Origin: Promethearchaeia archaeon
GTDB lineage: Archaea; Asgardarchaeota; Lokiarchaeia; Sigyniarchaeales; SOKP01
DNA: 32,000 nt
Assembly (NCBI GenBank): GCA_046497275.1
Contig: JAWOFX010000134.1
Coordinates: 5,368-37,367 of the forward strand
Direction of reading: 5' to 3'
Positions 8,493-17,364 of this stretch are shown piece after piece. The translations under genes were made by a program, and so were the position numbers. The notes under the pieces were generated by a model. It was not told the origin of the DNA. It made no database searches and was given only the letters and a program-made list of their open reading frames with translations. Each line of letters starts with the position of its first letter. Position 1 is the stretch's first letter.

Positions 8493-9181
8493 AATTAATT
8501 GGTCTCATTGGAGGTATGAGTTGGGAAAATACTATTGACTACTACAGAGTAATTAATGAAATAGTTAATGAAAGATTAGGAGATTGGAATTCAGCAAAAA
8601 TAATACTCTATTCAGTTAATTTTCAAGAAATTTTACCGCTTCAAAATAGTGATAAATGGGATATAATTACTGAAGAGATGATTGAAATCTGCAAAAAACT
8701 TGAATTGATAGGATGCAAAGCTATTGTAATTTGTTCAAATACGATGCATAAGATCGCCGATCAAATTGAATCACAGATTTCAATTCCCATCATTCATGTC
8801 GTTGATGAGACCTCAAAAGCAATAAAAAAGAAGAACATTAATAAAGTAGGGTTATTAGGCACTAGATTTACCATGGAAGGAGGCTTTTATGTTAGAAGAC
8901 TAGAAGATAGGCACAATCTCTCTGTATTACTCCCAAAAAAGATGGAAAGAGACTACATTCACAATGCGATTTATACTGAATTTGCTAAAGGTATATTTAA
9001 GAATAAAACTAAGGAAAAATTTTTAGAAATTATACATGAACTAATAAATAATGGGGCAAAGGGAATAATCCTTGGCTGTACAGAGATTCCCTTAGTTATT
9101 AAGCCCAAGGATGTGAAAATTCCTTTATTTGATACTCTTAAAATCCACCTTCTGGGTGCTGTTGATTACATGCTAAATTAA
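8489..9181 (+). CDS. Aspartate/glutamate racemase-family amino-acid racemase (YgeA/RacX-like)
   Basis: The true start is probably ATG 8489, overlapping the upstream TGA (ATGA). MKLIGLIGGMSWENT start; both catalytic Cys motifs, ICSNT and GCTE, are present. Confidence 0.92.
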   Translation: MKLIGLIGGMSWENTIDYYRVINEIVNERLGDWNSAKIILYSVNFQEILPLQNSDKWDIITEEMIEICKKLELIGCKAIVICSNTMHKIADQIESQISIPIIHVVDETSKAIKKKNINKVGLLGTRFTMEGGFYVRRLEDRHNLSVLLPKKMERDYIHNAIYTEFAKGIFKNKTKEKFLEIIHELINNGAKGIILGCTEIPLVIKPKDVKIPLFDTLKIHLLGAVDYMLN

Positions 9182-9396
9182 TCATTAGAGACCTCTAAAC
9201 CTCTGACAACATTACGATTAGTATTCACACTAATTATTATATTGATGAAATGAGCAGAGGAAATTGAAATTAAGTTTTTATAAACAATATATTAAAATTG
9301 CCTTTAAAAATAATAAAATCACCGGTAGAGTTTTTGAAATCATAAAAAAAACCTTTTTTATCAATTAACCGTGAATTAAAATAAGGTGAAAAAAAA

Positions 9397-9888
9397 ATGG
9401 TAAATTTTATTTCCCAAGAAATGAACGATTTAATGAATAAACAAATCGTCGAAGAACTAAGATCAGCATATATATACTTAGGAATGGCTGCGTGGGCGGA
9501 TCGAGAGGGTCTAAAAGGCTTCGCTCAGTTTATGCGTACACATGCAGAACAAGAAGAATATAAACATGCAATGAAATTCGTAGATTATATCTTAGAAGCT
9601 GGAGGTAAAGTAGAATATGGAACAATTGAAAAAATCTCGACTGACTGGCAGGATGTTGAAACCGTTTTAAAAGAGGCAATTTCCCATGAAGAACATATTA
9701 CCAGCACAATAAAGAATTTAATGGATTTAGCTCAACAGAAGAATGAAGTATATGCATTTGAACTTTTAAATTGGTTTCTTGAAGAGCAAATGGAAGAGGA
9801 GAATCTATTCACTGATCTCTATGATGCTTTTAAACTAAGTGGCAGAAATCTTCTTATGTGGGACAGAAATATTAAACATCCAGAATAA
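9397..9888 (+). CDS. ftn: Non-heme ferritin
   Basis: MNKQIVEELRSAYIYLGMAAW, GFAQFM, EEYKH, HEEHIT, FLEEQMEEE ferroxidase-centre motifs; GGTGA RBS at 9385-9389. Confidence 0.93.
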   Translation: MVNFISQEMNDLMNKQIVEELRSAYIYLGMAAWADREGLKGFAQFMRTHAEQEEYKHAMKFVDYILEAGGKVEYGTIEKISTDWQDVETVLKEAISHEEHITSTIKNLMDLAQQKNEVYAFELLNWFLEEQMEEENLFTDLYDAFKLSGRNLLMWDRNIKHPE

Positions 9889-9899
9889 TATAAACAAAT

Positions 9900-9940
9900 T
9901 TATGAGATATTCTTTTTTTTTATTATATTTAATTTTTTTT
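9900..9940. terminator. T-rich archaeal-type terminator region after ferritin
   Basis: Two oligo-T tracts (TCTTTTTTTTT and TTTTTTTTT) immediately after the ferritin stop, between convergent genes. Confidence 0.45.
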
Positions 9941-10623
9941 TAGATAAACTCAAGAGAAAATTCTACAATATCATTTTCGAAATCCATTTTTTCAATCTGA
10001 GCCCTAACCTTCAAATTTAGCTTTTTTTGGATAGATTTTTCAATAACGCCCATCATAATATAAAAATGAATTTGCATAAATCTCCCAAGTTCTTTTATAT
10101 TACTCAGACGATATATGGCTCTCTTCTTATGCTCATCTAATTTAGTAATAACATTTATTTTATTTCTATAGACAAATTGAACGAATGGAATCATGCTTCC
10201 AAAATAAGTTAAAAATTTATCCACGGACTTTCCGTTGTTTTTTGGGAGAACTTCTGCGGGTACTTTCGAACCGTAAGGAAAATCCATATAATCAGCTATT
10301 TTTTTTCCTATCATTTTTAATTTTTCTTTATCTTCAATGAACTGGTCTAACCCATTCAACAACCCCTCAAAATACGAAAAGACCATTTCTCTGGGAATTA
10401 ACTGGCTTTTGGAACTATAATAGAGTTTATACGCACCAATTTCTTTGAAAAATACTTCTTGCCGTTCTAACAAAATCGCTATATATTTTCCAGCAGTAAC
10501 GCGAGAGGTATTTATACCCTTTGCGATATCAGTGATGGTTACCCCTGAAGGATTATGATCAATGAAGGCGATAATTTCCTCTCTATACTCCTCAGCAGAC
10601 TTTTTGTTCTTTGATTTTTTCAT
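9940..10623 (-). CDS. Winged-HTH protein with C-terminal putative ligand-binding (V4R-like) domain
   Basis: GVTITDIAKGINTSRVTAGKYIAIL...KEIGAYKLYY is a wHTH. The C-terminal alpha/beta domain with HFYIMMGVIE resembles a paralog family I associate with Lokiarchaeia. Confidence 0.75.
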   Translation of the reverse strand: MKKSKNKKSAEEYREEIIAFIDHNPSGVTITDIAKGINTSRVTAGKYIAILLERQEVFFKEIGAYKLYYSSKSQLIPREMVFSYFEGLLNGLDQFIEDKEKLKMIGKKIADYMDFPYGSKVPAEVLPKNNGKSVDKFLTYFGSMIPFVQFVYRNKINVITKLDEHKKRAIYRLSNIKELGRFMQIHFYIMMGVIEKSIQKKLNLKVRAQIEKMDFENDIVEFSLEFI

Positions 10624-10658
10624 TTTAAAGTAGTTTATTTTTTTAATTAAAAATAATC

Positions 10659-12173
10659 TTAATTGTACGCATCTCTTTCTGGATACCGTGGATATAATCT
10701 AATTATTTCTCTTAACATTCGATCAGTCAATTCCTTTCTAAGATTTTCATCATCCCATAAATTATTCATTTCATCGGGATCTTCCTTCAGATTATAAATA
10801 TCTCCAAACTCAGGTAAGCTTTCATATATTGTATACCTAAAAGTTTCAGTAACGAGGGTGCGTAATCTCATAATCTTATCTTTGGCTATCTCCTCATCAT
10901 GTTCTATTAAAATTTGGTCGCGAATTTTTTTATCTGGATTCTCTAAAACTTCGGTAAAATCATACCCTTGCATTCGTTTTGGATGATATTTTTCTCTGAT
11001 TCCTAACATATTTAAGATTGTTTTTGGCAGATCAATTGTTGAAATGAGTGAATTTGAAACCTTATTTACCGATTTACCAGGAACTTTCCATAAAAGTGGT
11101 ATATTAATTAAATTATTGTAATGTGCGGGACCTTTCAATATTAAACCATGATCTCCACATAAATCCGCATGATCACTTGTGAAGATAATCATTGTATTTT
11201 CAAAAAGTCCTAATTCATTTAATTTTTCCAATATCGCTCCGACACCATCATCAATCATGGAAATAGATCCATATGTTAATGCGGTAAATTTTTTAGCAGT
11301 TTTTTCATCAACTTTTTGAGGTAATAGATGTCTAAACCGAGCATCCTTTATATGTTGACCCAAAAATGGATGTTCAAGCAAATTTTCACCGTCTTTGAAA
11401 CTAGGTGGTAATATGATATCTTCAGGTGAGTAAAGATCCTTATATTTTCCCGGAGGACAGACCGGATGATGTGGATCATTATAAGAACAATGCAAAAAGA
11501 AGGGTTTATCTCCATACTCTCCTTCTGAATATCTCTCAAAAAACGCAAGAGTTTGTTCGGTTATATAATGAGTAGGGTAAAGCTCCTCAGGCAACTCAGT
11601 CTCATAATAATTTTCATTTATAGCCAGAAATCGGTTTTTTAACTTATCTATATTTTCATAATTTTGCTCTTTTAGCCATTCAAAATAATGCCCTCCCATC
11701 ACATCTCCATGTCCAACTGTTAATAAAACCTCATCAAATCCATAATAAGGGGTCGGAAATGGATTTGGAATTTGTCCCATCATCCATGCGGAGATGTCTT
11801 CCAGAGAAGATACATTTCTACTAAAGGGATGAGAAAAAAAATTGAAATGGGTTTTCCCAATCGAAATTGTATGGTATCCTTTCTCTCTTAAGCTGTCTGC
11901 TATCGTTTTTTCTTCTGGATTTAAATTAATTCCATTTGATCTGGTTCCATGAACACTTGGATAAGAACCTGTGAAAAAATTTGCTCTATTCGGCATGCAA
12001 ATCGGAGTATTGCAATAATAATTCGTAAATCTAACTCCATCCTCACCGATTTTATCAATATTTGGCGTCTTGAGAACTCGATTCCCATAACAACTTAAAT
12101 GATCTGTTCTTTGCTGATCGGTAATTATAAACAATACATTGATCTTTTTGCTCATTTTTGAATCATTTTCCAT
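10659..12173 (-). CDS. Cys-type sulfatase-family hydrolase (copy A)
   Basis: NVLFIITDQQR, CMPNRA (CxPxR), GKTH, DPHHP, FTSDHADLCGDHGL, LYNL..DPDEMNNLW. Confidence 0.95.
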   Translation of the reverse strand: MENDSKMSKKINVLFIITDQQRTDHLSCYGNRVLKTPNIDKIGEDGVRFTNYYCNTPICMPNRANFFTGSYPSVHGTRSNGINLNPEEKTIADSLREKGYHTISIGKTHFNFFSHPFSRNVSSLEDISAWMMGQIPNPFPTPYYGFDEVLLTVGHGDVMGGHYFEWLKEQNYENIDKLKNRFLAINENYYETELPEELYPTHYITEQTLAFFERYSEGEYGDKPFFLHCSYNDPHHPVCPPGKYKDLYSPEDIILPPSFKDGENLLEHPFLGQHIKDARFRHLLPQKVDEKTAKKFTALTYGSISMIDDGVGAILEKLNELGLFENTMIIFTSDHADLCGDHGLILKGPAHYNNLINIPLLWKVPGKSVNKVSNSLISTIDLPKTILNMLGIREKYHPKRMQGYDFTEVLENPDKKIRDQILIEHDEEIAKDKIMRLRTLVTETFRYTIYESLPEFGDIYNLKEDPDEMNNLWDDENLRKELTDRMLREIIRLYPRYPERDAYN

Positions 12174-12213
12174 TTATTGATTGATTTATTTTTAGAATAA
12201 TTTTTATTATGAT

Positions 12214-13359
12214 CTATACTTCATTATCAGCCTTACTAAAGAATTCTTCTTCTGTTGGAGGGTAATATATCTCTACTTCACCTTCTTTATCGATCTTTTT
12301 TACGTATTCTCTTCCCTCCTCATCAATAAAGACTTTTCCAGAAGTTTTTAATAATTTTAACAATTCGACTCTCTTTTTTGGATCAGCAACGCATATAAAA
12401 TTACAATTTCCGCATCGAGGATTAGTATCTTTCAAAGGTCTTTCTGCCACATTTTCTGTGGAACCTACTTTCCCGTATGATTTAAGTATTTCCCTATTAA
12501 ATTTCTTCAGATTTTCTGGAGTATTTTCATCTAACAGGATTTTTCTCATTATTTTTTTAACAAGCATAGGATCATCTTTCCATTCTTGATTACTATATTC
12601 TTTCAAACAGATATGATCCGCACTCCAAGTGCTCCAATCTCCATCCTCTGATAAACCTGTCAATCCAGCACATCCAATAGCACATTTAGAATAAATCCCT
12701 CGTTTTGCATATACTTCTTTTTTTCCTCCAATAATAACTTCTTGAGTTTCCTCTTCCTGTTTCTTATCAAAAAACCCAGTTGTACACGCTTGATAACATA
12801 TCATACATTTATTACAGTGATTTTCTTCTGCCATTGGATCTGGTTCCAAACGTGCTGTTGTTAAGACTCCTCCGAGATATAACGAGCCACCATATTCTTC
12901 AGTTATTAAATTCCCTGACCATCCTATATGTCCCAATCCTGCTGCAACTGCGCCGTATCTTAATGAAAAATCAGGGTATGACTTATCGTCCTTAAAAATA
13001 TTCGAATAACCTCCCTTTTTTCTATATTTGCCATTTGGAATAACCGCAAATGCTTTAAAGTTAGTATTCTCTTCAATAAATTCTTTAATTTTAACAGCTG
13101 TTTTCCATGCGGTAGTATAAGCAAAATGTTGGAATTTTTTAAGACTCATTCTTTCTCTCTTGGCAAAATAATTTTCTAATGCTTCAATGGGATTGGGATA
13201 TGCCCATATTATACAACTTTTTGCATCTGGTAAAGAATATTCCATATCTGCGGAAGGAGGAGCATCTTTTAACCTTTCTCTATTACCTACACCAACTAGT
13301 TTTGCGCCTGAATCTAAAACTATTTTCTTAATCTCTTCTTTCAATTCATTTAAATTCAT
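12214..13359 (-). CDS. QueG/RdhA-like 4Fe-4S (probably cobamide-dependent) reductase
   Basis: DFSLRYGAVAAGLGHIGWSGNLITEEYG..YLGGVLT is the QueG/RdhA core. Fe-S motifs are CNKCMICYQAC and a split second cluster (KCAIGC ... RCGNCNFIC). Confidence 0.8.
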   Translation of the reverse strand: MNLNELKEEIKKIVLDSGAKLVGVGNRERLKDAPPSADMEYSLPDAKSCIIWAYPNPIEALENYFAKRERMSLKKFQHFAYTTAWKTAVKIKEFIEENTNFKAFAVIPNGKYRKKGGYSNIFKDDKSYPDFSLRYGAVAAGLGHIGWSGNLITEEYGGSLYLGGVLTTARLEPDPMAEENHCNKCMICYQACTTGFFDKKQEEETQEVIIGGKKEVYAKRGIYSKCAIGCAGLTGLSEDGDWSTWSADHICLKEYSNQEWKDDPMLVKKIMRKILLDENTPENLKKFNREILKSYGKVGSTENVAERPLKDTNPRCGNCNFICVADPKKRVELLKLLKTSGKVFIDEEGREYVKKIDKEGEVEIYYPPTEEEFFSKADNEV

Positions 13360-13377
13360 ATTAATTTATTTAACATA

Positions 13378-14304
13378 TTATTTTGGTTCGAGATGAAATT
13401 TCATTCTATCCTTCCCTAAGATGATCTCTCCATCGAAAACTTCCTTAACTCCATTTAAATACATTTTTTCTGCCTTCTCATTGGGTAGATATGGAGTGAT
13501 ATGAACAAATACTAATTTTTTTGCATTTGCGTCTTTTGCTAATTCTCCTGCTTTTACTGGATTCATATGATAATTTTGAATATCAGTTAAGATCTTTGCG
13601 TATCTATCAAATTTAAGTTTCTTTGCCCCCGAAACTATATTATTGAGCATTTTATAAGAAATAGCTTCACTAAAAAGGATGTCAGCATCTTGACAATGGT
13701 TTGCTAAATTTTCTGTTTTTACTGTATCCCCCGTGATCGCGATAACATTCCCTTTATATTCTATTCTATACCCAAATGCAGGTTCAATAGGTGAGTGATC
13801 GACTAAAAAAGCAAATACTTTTAATTTATTTCTTTCAAAACATAGTTTTCTTTCATCTTTATTCTCTATTAAAATTGGCTTGCTTATCATTTTACCATTT
13901 TCTAGTGAAAGAATCTCTAATCCATGATGTGCTATTCTATATCCTGTATCTAACTCATATGCCATTTCGAATCCTTTAACTACTCTATCTACTCCTTTAG
14001 GACCATATACTTCCAATGCTTTTTCTCTTCCATTTACCCATGAAAGCATATTTGCTTCTCCAAGGTCACCTATATGATCAGAGTGGAAATGAGTAAGGAA
14101 TATTTTACTTAGTTTTCCTGCGGGAAGTCTCAATACATCAACATTTCTATATGAACCCGGTCCCACATCAAAAAGAAGGAATTCTCCGTCTGCTATTATA
14201 GCAATACTAGAGGCTACTCTTTTATCATTATTTATGGGACCTCCAGACCCCAACAAAAACACATGAAGTTTTCCGTCCATAAGAATTTTATCTTGACTTA
14301 TCAT
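13378..14304 (-). CDS. MBL-fold hydrolase of the RNase Z / AtsA arylsulfatase-like group
   Basis: LLGSGGP, DVGPG, THFHSDH, VDH..PAFGYR, ITGDT, YH and LVFVH motifs. The context favours a small-molecule hydrolase over the housekeeping tRNase Z. Confidence 0.85.
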   Translation of the reverse strand: MISQDKILMDGKLHVFLLGSGGPINNDKRVASSIAIIADGEFLLFDVGPGSYRNVDVLRLPAGKLSKIFLTHFHSDHIGDLGEANMLSWVNGREKALEVYGPKGVDRVVKGFEMAYELDTGYRIAHHGLEILSLENGKMISKPILIENKDERKLCFERNKLKVFAFLVDHSPIEPAFGYRIEYKGNVIAITGDTVKTENLANHCQDADILFSEAISYKMLNNIVSGAKKLKFDRYAKILTDIQNYHMNPVKAGELAKDANAKKLVFVHITPYLPNEKAEKMYLNGVKEVFDGEIILGKDRMKFHLEPK

Positions 14305-14317
14305 CTCTTCTTATCTC

Positions 14318-15166
14318 TTATTCTTTTTTTTCCTCTACCAATTTTCTATCAATCAATTCTTTCATATATTTAAATCCTGGAGTTAAATTTTCTGTTAAAT
14401 TTAGTGGGATCATTGATTTAATTGGAAAGCCAAGACCTTGCCTCCCTCCTGTTTTAAACAGATTTTGAAGTATATAAAAGATATGATCGGCGGGCATTCC
14501 AATTCCAATCTCATGATCTTGAATTCCAGCAAATGATCTATCGCCTGATCCGGGAATAACAATTTGGGCTTTTCGAGTGAGAAACGGCATTAAACTTCCT
14601 TTTCCACAAGATTCTCCAAAACCTTCAAAACTTGAATTTATACTATATTTTTTTTTATGTTCAAAACAGAGAGCATGAATTATGTGAGTTATTTGTGCTC
14701 CATTCCCAAACACTAAAATAGTATCAGGAATGAGGGGTGATTTATGTAATGGATATGAAATCAATCCGCAATATCCAAGTTCCATGATATTCTTAAAATT
14801 ACTTGAATATAATTTTTTAGCTCTTCTAATCTCTGCTTTTTCATCCTTATGCCATCCTTGACGGACTTGGCTTTCAATGAATTCCTCTTCTGAGATCTTT
14901 ACCCAACCATGGGCAACCGTAGAAGGTGTACAAAAATTATCCGCTGCGGTAATGGCGTAATTGTTTCCAAATCTTCGAGACATATAGAATGCTTGGCATA
15001 TACTCATTCTTTTATCTCTCTTAGAAGGTTGAATTGCCTCTTTGGGTATTTCCGACTCATCTTTAATGTATTTTATTCCAATTGGATAACTTTGAAAATG
15101 AAGTTCATCGTAAAGCTCTTGACCTGCTTTTTGGAACTCCTCTAAATTCTTATTTTTACCTGACAT
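14318..15166 (-). CDS. DUF169-family protein (COG2043-like), paralog 1
   Basis: YPIGIKY, ICQAFYMSRR, NFCT, PDTILVFG, GESCG, PGSGDR and IGIGMP follow the DUF169 pattern. Confidence 0.85.
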   Translation of the reverse strand: MSGKNKNLEEFQKAGQELYDELHFQSYPIGIKYIKDESEIPKEAIQPSKRDKRMSICQAFYMSRRFGNNYAITAADNFCTPSTVAHGWVKISEEEFIESQVRQGWHKDEKAEIRRAKKLYSSNFKNIMELGYCGLISYPLHKSPLIPDTILVFGNGAQITHIIHALCFEHKKKYSINSSFEGFGESCGKGSLMPFLTRKAQIVIPGSGDRSFAGIQDHEIGIGMPADHIFYILQNLFKTGGRQGLGFPIKSMIPLNLTENLTPGFKYMKELIDRKLVEEKKE

Positions 15167-15178
15167 TTCTAATTAATC

Positions 15179-16006
15179 TCAATTATCTTTTTTTATTCTT
15201 TTTCTTAAATATGGCCATACACCAGGTTCATTAGGACTTCCAAATATATCTAATGGACCCAATGAGGCGTTTAAATTTGGAATCCCAAAGGGTTTGGGAT
15301 TGATCTTATTACCGGCTAAAAATAAATTATCATTAACTTCTTTTAACTTAGATTCTGGAATAGAAAAAATCATCTCGAAATCTTGTACTCCCGCGAGAAC
15401 GCGATCTCCCATACCCGGAGCTACAACTTGACATTGATTTGTTGTAAAAGTTCTAATTATGCCCTCTTTACAAGAACTTTCCATTCCATTGAAATAACTT
15501 GTTATATAATCACCATTATAAGTAGCTGATAGGATTAGATGGGATAATATTAACGGCGTACAATAAATCATTATCACATCGGGAATTATAATAGATGCGT
15601 GTAGAGGAGAAACAACTAAACCCTTGAACTCTCCAAATTCAAGCGTAGCATCACATTCTCTTGATCCTTTTTCTGCTACCATATTTTTTTTATATCCTGC
15701 TTTTTTTTCCCATGCTTCAAACACGACATTTGGATCATCCACTTTTTCAAAGCCAAAATTACGAATAGAAATTGGTTTACACACAATATCTTCTCCTTTT
15801 AAAAAGAATGAAAATCCTGAACGACGACACCATGTGTAACTTAAACAAGCGGGAATTTCTCTTCCAAATACATCGAGAGGTCTTAAGGCATTGGATGAGA
15901 CTTCTTCATTTTCTTTAATCAGTTTAACTGCGATCGGATAAGTCTGAAGTTTTAATTTATCAATTAGTTTTTGTCCTATTTTCTTATAGGTTTCTAAATG
16001 CTCCAT
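15179..16006 (-). CDS. DUF169-family protein, paralog 2
   Basis: YPIAVKL, PACLSY, IVCKP, PDVIMIY, ESSC, PGMGDR, MIFSIP; strong GGAGG RBS. Confidence 0.85.
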   Translation of the reverse strand: MEHLETYKKIGQKLIDKLKLQTYPIAVKLIKENEEVSSNALRPLDVFGREIPACLSYTWCRRSGFSFFLKGEDIVCKPISIRNFGFEKVDDPNVVFEAWEKKAGYKKNMVAEKGSRECDATLEFGEFKGLVVSPLHASIIIPDVIMIYCTPLILSHLILSATYNGDYITSYFNGMESSCKEGIIRTFTTNQCQVVAPGMGDRVLAGVQDFEMIFSIPESKLKEVNDNLFLAGNKINPKPFGIPNLNASLGPLDIFGSPNEPGVWPYLRKRIKKDN

Positions 16007-16025
16007 TTCTATTCCTCCGAACTTT

Positions 16026-17300
16026 TTATTTTTTTTGAGATTTAATCCTCGATTTAATCTGTTTAGCTCCGTTATTTATAATATTACGAACGATAAATGA
16101 GGGTTCTTCTTTCATTTTCTTGTTTAAAATATCATATTTAAGTTTTAACGCTTCCAATGATTTGTCTTCCCCTAAAGAATCCTCTCCTTGAATAATAACA
16201 TCCAGCATATGAAGTGCTAGTTGATATTCCTGATTATCATAAAGTTTTTTTGCATGGTTGAGATATTTTTCAGGTCTATTTATTTTCAAAAATTCTTGAG
16301 CGATTTTATGTGATTTCGCTGGAAAAAGGTCAGTTGGATTTCCCGTATCATACCAACCGTGATATAATCTATATACTGCATGTATGGCAAAACGATAGCT
16401 GCCATAAAGAGGCTTGAGATATTCATGATTCTTGAACTTATCAGGATATATTTCTAGCATTTCATGGAATATTTGTTCAAACCATTTTCCTTCATTCAAT
16501 CGTTTAACAACTTCGTCATGAACAAAATGCATAGCTTCAGCGGTAATTTCTAAAACATCCCTTACTTTATCTTTTCCCTCTATCATTTTCCCATGACCTG
16601 GGATAATATATTTTGCATCTTTTTCCATCATATGTTCCATTGCCATTGCCCATCCTTTCGGATATCGTTGCACTTTATAAGGATTTCCAACATTTGGATA
16701 TGAGGAAATCATCAGATCTCCACTACAAATTAACTCCTTCTCTGGAACCCATAACCAACTGGAATCGTCTGTCTCTCCAATATCATGATTAACTTCAAAC
16801 TCTATTCCTCCAAATTCAAACACAAATGGTTCTTTACCATCGAGGATTATTGTTGGATATAAAACTTCATGGGGAGATATTACCTCATCATCCTTTCCCA
16901 TAACGGAACCAAATTGCTGAGCATTTAGCCATTTATGATATCCATCAAGCATCTGATATTTCTTAAATCTTTTAACTACATTTTCATGCGCAATTATTTC
17001 CGGCATTTCCCATCCTTTCTCTTTAATTTCTGAAATAAATGGCTCAAACCCATAAGAATGGTCGAAATGACCATGACTATAAATAATGTACTTTATAGGT
17101 TTTTCAGTAATGCTTCTAATAGTCTTAAAATTGCGGGGACCGAACTGCTTTAATCCAATATCAAACATTACCAATCCATCGTCCGTTTCTATAATCCCAA
17201 CATTTCCAAATGACGGGATCAAATGAACGGTATTATCTTGTACACTCTTGGGAGGATACATACCGAGGAAAAACTTAATATCATCTTGAGAATAACTCAT
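16026..17300 (-). CDS. Alkyl/aryl-sulfatase-like MBL-fold hydrolase (SdsA/BDS1-type catalytic plus dimerisation domains)
   Basis: IIYSHGHFDH, GETDD..WLWVP, SGD....YPN, IPGHG, and YRLYHGWYDTGNPTDLFP matching the dimerisation-domain motif; no C-terminal sterol-carrier domain apparent. Confidence 0.85.
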   Translation of the reverse strand: MSYSQDDIKFFLGMYPPKSVQDNTVHLIPSFGNVGIIETDDGLVMFDIGLKQFGPRNFKTIRSITEKPIKYIIYSHGHFDHSYGFEPFISEIKEKGWEMPEIIAHENVVKRFKKYQMLDGYHKWLNAQQFGSVMGKDDEVISPHEVLYPTIILDGKEPFVFEFGGIEFEVNHDIGETDDSSWLWVPEKELICSGDLMISSYPNVGNPYKVQRYPKGWAMAMEHMMEKDAKYIIPGHGKMIEGKDKVRDVLEITAEAMHFVHDEVVKRLNEGKWFEQIFHEMLEIYPDKFKNHEYLKPLYGSYRFAIHAVYRLYHGWYDTGNPTDLFPAKSHKIAQEFLKINRPEKYLNHAKKLYDNQEYQLALHMLDVIIQGEDSLGEDKSLEALKLKYDILNKKMKEEPSFIVRNIINNGAKQIKSRIKSQKK

Positions 17301-17364
17301 TTTTTATCTTCTTTATTTATATTATGTAATTTTTTAAATTTGAAACAATTAATTTTAAAGATTT

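Noticed and set aside
9185-9198. Palindrome TTAGAG-AC-CTCTAA about 200 bp upstream of ferritin as an iron-regulator (DtxR-like) box
   Set aside because: Only 6-bp arms, a poor match to the DtxR consensus, and far from the likely TATA near 9275; plausible by chance.
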